A DNA stretch of 64,000 bases. It comes from an uncultured Pseudomonadota bacterium. GTDB lineage: Bacteria > Myxococcota_A > UBA796 > SXON01. Positions 56,894 through 64,000 of this stretch are shown one piece after another. The stretch lies in assembly GCA_903891165.1 (NCBI GenBank), contig CAITDR010000124.1, positions 2,088 through 66,087 of the forward strand. The letters are read 5' to 3'. Every line of letters starts with the position of its first letter. The first letter of the stretch is position 1. A program made the position numbers and the translations under genes. The notes below the pieces were generated by a model. It searched no databases. It saw only the letters and a program-made list of their open reading frames with translations, and was not told where the DNA came from.

Positions 56894-57739
56894 ATGTTGA
56901 CACGGCAAATGGGTCCCTGGACGGTTTCGGCGCTGGGCCTTGGGGGAATGCCCTTATCTCTCAGAAGGCGGCCTTCGGAAGCGGATGCAATCAACCTGAT
57001 CCATGCCGCGTTGGACGGGGGAATCACACTGATTGATACCGCCGATGTCTACTGTATCGACCACCGAGACATCGGGCACAACGAGCGGCTGATCAGCAAG
57101 GCCCTTCGCGATCGGAGCGATCGTACAAAAATCCTGGTAGCGACGAAGGGCGGACTGGAGCGCCCCAACGGGGCATGGCCCAGCAATGGGCGTCCCGAGC
57201 ACATGATCGCCGCCTGTGACGCCAGCTTGCGTGCGCTCGGGGTAGAGAAAATTGCGCTCTACCAGATCCATGCCCCGGATGACGAAGTGCCCTGGGCCGA
57301 CACCGTGGGCGCCGTCGCGCGGCTGAGGGAAGCCGGAAAGATCCAGGAAGTGGGCCTGTCCAACGTGAGTGTGGAGCAGATCGAGGAGGCCCGGGCCATT
57401 GTGCCCATCGTGTCGGTGCAGAACCGCTGCCATTTTCTGGATCGGAGCGGCTGGGAGGACGGGGTGATCGACCACTGCACCCGCGAAAACATCTGCTTTT
57501 TGGCCTATTCTCCGGTGGGCGGCAGCAGTGACTATGCGGATATCGGCGCCGACCCGCAGCTTATTGCGGTCGCCCGTGCACACGGTGCAAGTCCCTACGA
57601 GGTGGCCCTGGCTTGGCTCCTTACAAAAAGTCCGGTGATCTTGCCCATCCCCGGCGCCAGCCGGATGAGCAGCCTGCAGTCGATTTTGCGGGCGGGGGAG
57701 CTTTTGTTGGGGGATGGGGAAGTGGCGGGGTTGGGGTGA
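56894..57739 (+). CDS. Aldo/keto reductase
   Basis: LGLGGM, IDTADVY, VATKGG, LYQIH, GLSN, AYSPVG, PIPGAS. Confidence 0.95.
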   Translation: MLTRQMGPWTVSALGLGGMPLSLRRRPSEADAINLIHAALDGGITLIDTADVYCIDHRDIGHNERLISKALRDRSDRTKILVATKGGLERPNGAWPSNGRPEHMIAACDASLRALGVEKIALYQIHAPDDEVPWADTVGAVARLREAGKIQEVGLSNVSVEQIEEARAIVPIVSVQNRCHFLDRSGWEDGVIDHCTRENICFLAYSPVGGSSDYADIGADPQLIAVARAHGASPYEVALAWLLTKSPVILPIPGASRMSSLQSILRAGELLLGDGEVAGLG

Positions 57740-57759
57740 ACCGGGAGGTGGGATTGGCG

Positions 57760-57832
57760 CGATACATTTTTATAATGTATCACCAAAATCAGCCTAATCC
57801 CTACATACCTGTGATACATCAAAAATGTATCA
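57760..57832. repeat. Bipartite palindromic site, left copy
   Basis: CGATACAT-N7-ATGTATCA, 29 bp, TGATACAT-N5-ATGTATCA. Confidence 0.88.
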
Positions 57833-58750
57833 TATCCCTGCAGAGGTTTCCTGCTGCTCCCCCTCCGACGAGTGGATCTTAAAAGATCCGCAGGAGGACG
57901 GACGATAGCCCTGAGGTGCGGTCGCTGGCAATCGCCCTCGCATCCATGCAAGTTCACGGAGTAGAATCCGTCGGATACTGGCAGCCGAGGTAGATAGTTT
58001 CACCTGCTGGCCTGCCATCTGAAGCACCACGGCCCCTTCGGCCGGTACCAGCTCCAAGTGCAGTCCGACCCGAGGGGCCTGCGCGGCAGCAACCCGACGC
58101 ACTTCCGCCATCAGGATTTTCTCCAGCGAGCGGAACTGGTGGCGCGGTCGGTAGGAACCGGAAAACTTGGGAACCCGCGTCGGAAGTGGTCCCCGAACAT
58201 AGGGGTACAGGTCCGCAGCGTGTTGACTCTGCACCGGCAGGACCGGAAATCCAGACTTGGTGACTCTAACAATCTCTTCGCGCGGAACATCCGCATTTTC
58301 AGGGCAAAGCAACACACCTTGCCATCGAATCTTGATTTTCTCCGGTAGGACAGCAAATTCGGACCGAAGTCGATCACAGCCCGCCTTCAGCTGATCCAGA
58401 CCCGTTTCCAGGTTCTTGCGTTTGGTGCCCTTCAGCTCCACCAGGGTGCAATACCACGTTGCATCGTGCCCCTCAGTCCGAAGTGCAGCCCAGCGTTTTC
58501 CACAGGGGATAAAGAGCACCAGATAGTCCGGCTTTTTCACACCCTCACCACCGATCAGGGGCCTTGAACCACCCCAGTCCAGGTTAAAAATAAGGCAGAT
58601 TCCTTCGTCCTGGATAGCCTCATGAACATAAAAACGGACTCCACTCTCCGGCGGTACACTCCTGGCCCCCCGGACCATCCCTCCGACAAAAAGGTTCTCC
58701 AAAAAGCTGCTGCGCGGGTCCGCCTGACGGCGTTCAAGCCGGGGTGGCAC
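57830..58750 (-). CDS. Putative PD-(D/E)xK nuclease-fold protein
   Basis: KKPDYLVL...LVELKG...GLDQL; GTG start at 58750 with a GAGGA Shine-Dalgarno inferred (ORF is open to 58804). Confidence 0.6.
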   Translation of the reverse strand: MPPRLERRQADPRSSFLENLFVGGMVRGARSVPPESGVRFYVHEAIQDEGICLIFNLDWGGSRPLIGGEGVKKPDYLVLFIPCGKRWAALRTEGHDATWYCTLVELKGTKRKNLETGLDQLKAGCDRLRSEFAVLPEKIKIRWQGVLLCPENADVPREEIVRVTKSGFPVLPVQSQHAADLYPYVRGPLPTRVPKFSGSYRPRHQFRSLEKILMAEVRRVAAAQAPRVGLHLELVPAEGAVVLQMAGQQVKLSTSAASIRRILLRELAWMRGRLPATAPQGYRPSSCGSFKIHSSEGEQQETSAGI

Positions 58751-60074
58751 GATCTTCCTCTTCACGAATGGCAAAGTAGATGTTCTGCAGATCGCCACTC
58801 GCATCGCTCAGCGTGGGGGATCGAACACCCCAGCCCTCCTCCCACAGATCCCGCAGCTTCCCCTCCTCCATCTGCCAGGCACCCACTTCCTCTCTCTTCA
58901 GAAAGGCGGGCGGATCCTTCAGGAACAGGTGGGAGGCCTGCCGCTTCCCCAGCTCCGTGTCGGATGTATCACCCGCAACCAGATTGTTCAGGTGGGCCAT
59001 CAGGTAGGGACTATGCGTGGTCAGCAGCACTTTTTTCCCGAGACGCACCAGGATGGCCAGTGTCTCCAGCAGCTTCGCCTGCGTCAGGGGGTGCAGGTTC
59101 AGCTCGGGCTCGTCGATGATCAGGAGCTGACCCGGATGCCCGTGCCGCATCCACAAGAGTAATGGCGCAAGCTGCTTCACGGCGGAAGATGCGTTGTAGA
59201 GGTCCAGTGGAGTGGCGCCGGGAATTGTGAGCTTCATCTCTCGCGCCGAGGGACCCAGGGACTCCCAGACCAGGCGGTGTTCGCCCATTGCGACCGCTTC
59301 CAACTGGGTTGCCAGGACGGAGACAGCGTCTTCGGGGCGAACCTTGTCGTCCAACTCGCAGAGCGCCAGAAAATCCAGGAAGTCCTCCACCGGCTGGGGA
59401 AAACGCTGCTCTCCCAGCTCCCGATAGAGCTGTTCCTGGCGGGAGAGCTGGGATGGCCCCCCCCGCTCTCTGAATAAAACCGCCTGCCGACGAACATCCA
59501 GAAGCATCTTCAGCCGCCGCTGGGACAACATTTTGTATGTTAGAACTAGACTGTTCCGTTCAGCGGGAAGTGCGAACGGCATCGGAAACAAGGACTGAGC
59601 CGCCCGATTGAGCCCGGGCCCCAAGGCCTCCAGAAGCTGCGATAGCGGAACCTCCTTTTCCGGGCCACGTTGGATCCCCGGCAAAATCCAACCAGCCTCC
59701 GTGTATCTGGCGCCGGGGATTCCGCTGATGATCGCGGCATGCAAATCCCCAGGCTCCAAAGTGAAATCCAGGATTGCCCTGTTGGCTCGGTCGGAGCCAT
59801 CCTGAAAGAACACAGGTAGCTGCTCCGCTATATTTCTGCACTGGTACCTTAACCGCTCCTCAAACTCTGCCTCAAACCGAGCAAGATGACCTAATACAAA
59901 AAGTTCTTCTTGCCGCAGTCTAATTTGAAATTCAGTTCCAACTCCCAGAAGTGCATACACCGCATAGGCCAGCCAGGTCTTCCCCGCGTGGTTCGGCCCC
60001 AAAATGGCCGTGAACGGCCGGAGCGGCAACTCCACATCTGCCAGGGGCCCCAGGTTCTGGATACGGATCTTCAA
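58734..60074 (-). CDS. ABC-type (AAA_15/AAA_21, AbiEii-like) ATPase
   Basis: IQNLGP, GPNHAGKT, LPAER, ASSAVKQ signature, IIDEPELNLHP, LLTTHSPY; TTG start with GGAG inferred. Confidence 0.88.
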   Translation of the reverse strand: MKIRIQNLGPLADVELPLRPFTAILGPNHAGKTWLAYAVYALLGVGTEFQIRLRQEELFVLGHLARFEAEFEERLRYQCRNIAEQLPVFFQDGSDRANRAILDFTLEPGDLHAAIISGIPGARYTEAGWILPGIQRGPEKEVPLSQLLEALGPGLNRAAQSLFPMPFALPAERNSLVLTYKMLSQRRLKMLLDVRRQAVLFRERGGPSQLSRQEQLYRELGEQRFPQPVEDFLDFLALCELDDKVRPEDAVSVLATQLEAVAMGEHRLVWESLGPSAREMKLTIPGATPLDLYNASSAVKQLAPLLLWMRHGHPGQLLIIDEPELNLHPLTQAKLLETLAILVRLGKKVLLTTHSPYLMAHLNNLVAGDTSDTELGKRQASHLFLKDPPAFLKREEVGAWQMEEGKLRDLWEEGWGVRSPTLSDASGDLQNIYFAIREEEDRATPA

Positions 60075-60190
60075 GCGTTCTCCAAGAGATTTTCTATCCG
60101 GGGCTGGCCCCACCTGCAACCGCAGCCCCGCCCGGAGCTGGCTTGGCCCATGACGTCACCGTCTGCACTCTCTGCAGAAACCTTGATCCG

Positions 60191-60273
60191 TGACACATCC
60201 ACTCCATGTATCACTAAAACAACCTTCCCCTCATCACTCCCATGATACATCCAAAAAGTATCACCATGTATCA
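60191..60273. repeat. Bipartite palindromic site, right copy, plus an extra half-site
   Basis: TGACACAT-N7-ATGTATCA, 29 bp, TGATACAT-N5-AAGTATCA, then ATGTATCA at 60266. Confidence 0.88.
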
Positions 60274-60290
60274 AATCCGCCGCCTCCCCC

Positions 60291-60494
60291 CTACCGCCGC
60301 AACCGCACCACCACCGGCAGCGCGGCCGGCACCAGGTTCGCCACCACGGCCACACCCACCCGCTCCCAAGCCTCGACATCCGCCTGGATCGCCTCTTCCG
60401 ACCACGGAAGCAGGCTGAGGGCCAGCCCAGAAGCGCTGATCAGCCCGAGCACGGCAACACTGGTAAAGATCAGGTCCAAGGTCAGAAAGTCCAT
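60291..60494 (-). CDS. Small membrane protein (67 aa)
   Basis: GGAGGAG Shine-Dalgarno; hydrophobic N-terminal helix. Confidence 0.6.
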   Translation of the reverse strand: MDFLTLDLIFTSVAVLGLISASGLALSLLPWSEEAIQADVEAWERVGVAVVANLVPAALPVVVRLRR

Positions 60495-60655
60495 GATTTT
60501 TCTCCTCCACACGCGAGGCAGGTTACCAGGGCTCCCGGCCAGCGAGAGCCCCTTGCGTTGAACGTGTTTTCAGGTTAGCTGAACACCCGACAGGCTGCAA
60601 GTCTTTTCAGGTCAACACCCCCAAAAATTTCCATAGTCGAGGCAGATGAGCAGAT

Positions 60656-61633
60656 ATGGACGAAAAGCAGTTGAACAAAGCCCAGAAGTTCGTGCGGATT
60701 TTGGAGCTGATTCAGCGCCCCGGTGGGGTCGCGGCGCAAGAGCTGATCGATCGTTTTGAGGTAGATTCCCGCACTCTTCGCCGCTATTTCTCCGATCTCA
60801 AGGAGATGGGCGTGCCCCTGAAGGAGGAGTCCGGCTCCGGCGAGCGCCTCCTTGCGGTGGATCCCACCTACGCCCGTACCGGCGTCCATCTGACCCTGGC
60901 CGAAGTGCTCTCTCTCCACTTTGGCCGCACCCTTTTTACCTTCCTGGATGGCACCTCCTTCGCCTCGGAGATGGATGGCGCGATTGAGCGCCTCACCCCG
61001 GCGATCAGCCGCTTCACCCAGGACATCACCCGCGACCTGGATCGCAAGTTTATGGCCGTGGGTGAACACGCCAAGGACTACACGGGGGAAGGGGACCTCC
61101 TGGACGAGATCGTCAGCTCGCTTTTGTACAACAACCCCGCCGATGCCGAATACCGTCGTATACGCTCGGTGTCGAAGTTCTACAGGCTGGAGCCTCTGAC
61201 TCTGGCCACCTATCGGCAGGGACTCTACCTTTTTGCCCGTGACCTGGGTGAGCAGAAGGTGAAGTGTTTTGCGGTGGAGCGCTTCGTCCGCTACTCCCGC
61301 CTCCGTCGCGAGCGTTTTGACTACCCGGACTACTACGACCCCCACGACGAAACTGCCAGCGCCTTCGGAATTACCGGCGGCCCCCCTGAAGATGTGACGG
61401 CCGTCTTCACCCCCACCGTCGCGCCCTATGTGCGCGAGCGCCAGTGGCATCGTACCCAGCGTCTCGAAGTACAGGAAGATGGTGGCATTCGCCTCTGGCT
61501 GAAGGTCTCCGTCTCCCCCGAATTGAAGGAGTGGCTCCTTGGTTTTGGGCCGGAGGCCAAAGTGGAGTCCCCGCCCTCCCTGGTGGAGTGGGTACGCGAC
61601 GCCCATCGTGCGGCCTTGGACCGCTACAAATGA
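60656..61633 (+). CDS. HTH-WYL-WCX transcriptional regulator (PafB/PafC-like)
   Basis: RTLRRYFSDL wHTH, LEPLTL..GLYLFA, FAVERF, RERQWH..Q, WLLGFG...V.SP. Confidence 0.92.
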   Translation: MDEKQLNKAQKFVRILELIQRPGGVAAQELIDRFEVDSRTLRRYFSDLKEMGVPLKEESGSGERLLAVDPTYARTGVHLTLAEVLSLHFGRTLFTFLDGTSFASEMDGAIERLTPAISRFTQDITRDLDRKFMAVGEHAKDYTGEGDLLDEIVSSLLYNNPADAEYRRIRSVSKFYRLEPLTLATYRQGLYLFARDLGEQKVKCFAVERFVRYSRLRRERFDYPDYYDPHDETASAFGITGGPPEDVTAVFTPTVAPYVRERQWHRTQRLEVQEDGGIRLWLKVSVSPELKEWLLGFGPEAKVESPPSLVEWVRDAHRAALDRYK

Positions 61634-62382
61634 AGATTCCCGAGCGCGATGTCCTTCCCACACTGCTGCTCCCCGAAGATCCCAGCGCCCAAGATGAGTC
61701 GCTTCTTCCTCCTCTGACCCAGAAGGAAGCCCGCGTCTTCCATGCACGTCTCGCGCCCTGTCTCTCCGGGAAGCTCCCCTGGGATCCTGAGCTTCTGCAG
61801 CTTGCGGAGCAGCTACGCCTGAACCAGCCTTTTGGATCGCTCCCCCCTCCTCCTCTCCTGGAAATTCCGCTTTCGGACGAGCTTCTCTCCGATCTCTGCG
61901 AGGACTACAATCCGGACGCGGGGGTGATGGGCGAACGTATCACCGGGGATGCCTACGCCCCCTTTGATAGCCGTGTCGGCGCTGCACTTCTGTTTGTCGC
62001 CACCCTCTGGCGTGGCCAACGGGGCGTGGATTGTTGGGCTCAGGAAGCGGGAGATCCGGTGCTGAAACGTTCGGTGCATGCCCTGGATCGCAGCCCGCCC
62101 TGGCTCTACTCCGAGAATCGCCCGCTTGCCTGGGGGGAGCCCGCCACGGCCGATCTCTGGGTGGGACGCTTGAGCCGTGTGGGAGAGGGCTTCCGACGGA
62201 TCACCGCCTGGGAACTCCCGGATAGTCTGCCTCTTGAAAAAATGTATCGCAGACTACAAGGCGAACTGTGGAGCTTCCGCCTGTGGCATCCCGGAGCTTC
62301 TCTATCCGAGCTGCTCCGCCTCCGTCCGGAGCTGGTCTACCGTAGTGCCCTGGAGCTGGCCCGCCGTCATGGGCCCCGATGA
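61630..62382 (+). CDS. Hypothetical protein
   Basis: 250-aa ORF ATGA-coupled to the WYL gene. Confidence 0.65.
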   Translation: MKIPERDVLPTLLLPEDPSAQDESLLPPLTQKEARVFHARLAPCLSGKLPWDPELLQLAEQLRLNQPFGSLPPPPLLEIPLSDELLSDLCEDYNPDAGVMGERITGDAYAPFDSRVGAALLFVATLWRGQRGVDCWAQEAGDPVLKRSVHALDRSPPWLYSENRPLAWGEPATADLWVGRLSRVGEGFRRITAWELPDSLPLEKMYRRLQGELWSFRLWHPGASLSELLRLRPELVYRSALELARRHGPR

Positions 62383-62460
62383 GGACCGCCGTGGAAGGGC
62401 ATCGCACCGGGCTTGCCGATGGGGCGCTGCCGGTGTACCGTCTCTGACCTGAGGATTCCG

Positions 62461-62865
62461 ATGTTGTTCTGGTTGTTGGCCTGTGGTGGTCCCCCCGTCG
62501 AGCTGGAATTCAACCCCGATCCTCTGGACTTCGGCGAGGTGCCCTACACCTCGGACATGCCCGAAGGCGGTTTTGCGCAGAAGGAGCTTTCCATCACCAA
62601 TACTGGCGAGGGCGAGTTCAACCTGAGCCTCGCGGCCCACGACGAAGCCTGGTTCTGTGTGGAGGGTATCCCGGACACAAATGTGGTCACCGATCTGGGC
62701 CTTCTGAATCCCGGCTCCACCTACCTGCTCCAGGTGGGGCTTTGTGACCATGCCCCCGGCACCTTTGACTCGGACCAGGAGCTGGAGCTGGCCTTCCTCA
62801 CCGATGGGGATCCCGTGCGTTTTGCCCTAAAGGTACTGGTCCATCCGATGCTGGTGGTGGAGTAG
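62461..62865 (+). CDS. Small lipoprotein with an Ig-like (ASH-type) domain
   Basis: LLAC lipobox, P.PLDFGEV, ITNTG, LNPG. Confidence 0.7.
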   Translation: MLFWLLACGGPPVELEFNPDPLDFGEVPYTSDMPEGGFAQKELSITNTGEGEFNLSLAAHDEAWFCVEGIPDTNVVTDLGLLNPGSTYLLQVGLCDHAPGTFDSDQELELAFLTDGDPVRFALKVLVHPMLVVE

Positions 62866-62868
62866 CCC

Positions 62869-63291
62869 TCAGCCCGGCAGCTTCCCCTCCACCATCCGGA
62901 AGATCCCCATTCCCGCGAGCATCACGGCCACAAAAATCACCGCGGGGGTTCCCATACCGACCAGCGAGGTCACCGCTGGACCCGGGCAAAAGCCGGCGAT
63001 GCCCCAACCCACGCCGAACAACACCGCACCGACGATAAGGCGCCAGTCGAGATCCGTGCGCGTCGGAAGCTGAAAACGTCCTCCAAAGAAGGGTTCCTTC
63101 CGACCAAGCACTAGTCTATAGACGATGGTATTCACGCCGATCGCACCCACCATCACAAAGGCGAGGCTCGGGTCCCAATTCCCGAAGAAGTCCAGGAAGC
63201 CGATGACCTTGTGCGGCTGGGTCATCCCGGCGACGGCGAGGCCCACCGAAAAGAGCAGACCGGCAAGACCGGCAACAAGATCCTGTCTCAT
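62869..63291 (-). CDS. YeeE/YedE family sulfur-compound transporter subunit
   Basis: [31 protein letters not shown]. Confidence 0.9.
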   Translation of the reverse strand: MRQDLVAGLAGLLFSVGLAVAGMTQPHKVIGFLDFFGNWDPSLAFVMVGAIGVNTIVYRLVLGRKEPFFGGRFQLPTRTDLDWRLIVGAVLFGVGWGIAGFCPGPAVTSLVGMGTPAVIFVAVMLAGMGIFRMVEGKLPG

Positions 63292-63719
63292 ACGTCTCCC
63301 ATCAGCAGCCTGGTCACGACGACCGTCGCCGCACCCGCCGCGATAAAAGTGATGGTAGAAACCAGCGAACGTACGGACAGCCGGCTGATTCCGCAGACCC
63401 CATGTCCGCTGGTGCAGCCACTGCCCAGCCGCGTCCCAAAGCCCACCAACAGCCCGGCCACCACCAGCAAGGCCGGGGAACGCACCAGCTCCGACTGAAA
63501 GGCTTCCGGAGTGGCCATCCACATGCCCACCCCTCCAAAGAGCAGGCCGCCCACAAAGAAGACCCGCCACCGCGCGTCACCGGGGGTAGGGGCCAGCAGC
63601 GCACCGACAATGCCGCTGATCCCAGCGATCCGCCCGTTGAAGGCCAACATCAGCGATGTGGCCAGTCCGATGATCAGCCCGCCGATCAGGGCGGGAACAG
63701 GTGTGAAGTTTTCCATCAT
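63288..63719 (-). CDS. YeeE/YedE family sulfur-compound transporter subunit
   Basis: [25 protein letters not shown]. Confidence 0.92.
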   Translation of the reverse strand: MMENFTPVPALIGGLIIGLATSLMLAFNGRIAGISGIVGALLAPTPGDARWRVFFVGGLLFGGVGMWMATPEAFQSELVRSPALLVVAGLLVGFGTRLGSGCTSGHGVCGISRLSVRSLVSTITFIAAGAATVVVTRLLMGDV

Positions 63720-63725
63720 CCCGTC

Positions 63726-64000
63726 CTAAAGCTGTTTGAATGCCATATATGCTGCCATTCCCAGAACAAAGATCCCAAAGGCGCGCCGGAGCTGCTCCTG
63801 CGGCATCGCCTTGGAAAGTGCGCCGCCGATGACGGAGCCCACCACCGCCCCGCCGCATAGCTCCGCCGCCAGCCCATAGTCTACCTGCACGTGGGTCATA
63901 TGCCCGATAAGACCCGACAGAGACTGCAGAGTAATCACCAGAAGAGAGCTGCCCACCGCTTTGCGCATGGGCAGTCCCCCCAAGAGCGTCAGCGCCGGTA
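63726..64000 (-). CDS. TauE/SafE sulfite exporter family, 3' part
   Basis: PAL..LGGLPMRKAVGSSL, LRRAFGIFV; start lies outside the window. Confidence 0.85.
   Translation of the reverse strand, partial: PALTLLGGLPMRKAVGSSLLVITLQSLSGLIGHMTHVQVDYGLAAELCGGAVVGSVIGGALSKAMPQEQLRRAFGIFVLGMAAYMAFKQL

Noticed and set aside
57760-57832. parS or dif site
   Set aside because: TGTATCAC resembles a parS half-site but never forms the contiguous 16-bp palindrome; no XerD arm (TTATGTTAAAT) is present

Overview
GC-rich, gene-dense bacterial chromosome segment. The gene content (type IVa pilus genes, myxosortase-like protease, DUF4388, MopE-type Cys/Asp repeats, sigma-54 signalling) suggests a Myxococcota-like deltaproteobacterium (inference). 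Most of it is core genome: a minor-pilin cluster, pilMN-O-P-Q-aroK-aroB, ruvCAB-lpxC, a HelD-like helicase, larE, an ABC exporter and sulfur transporters. No rRNA, tRNA, CRISPR array, transposase or integrase was recognised. Main observations: (1) an ABC-type ATPase plus PD-(D/E)xK nuclease module (57830-60074) is bracketed by two directly repeated 73-bp bipartite palindromic sites of identical geometry (TGATACAT-N7-ATGTATCA, 29 bp, TGATACAT-N5-ATGTATCA), and the same half-site is tandemly amplified in frame inside a nearby ABC gene; (2) a second ATPase-nuclease gene is bracketed by its own palindrome pair (TGAATGA-N4-TCATTCA); (3) a natural PilM-PilN fusion; (4) repeated ultra-short signal peptides with no basic n-region; (5) a chromosomal DnaD-like/DnaC-like pair; (6) a promoter-rich, structured intergenic region at 12.8-13.7 kb. 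All product calls come from motif recognition by eye; no database search was run.
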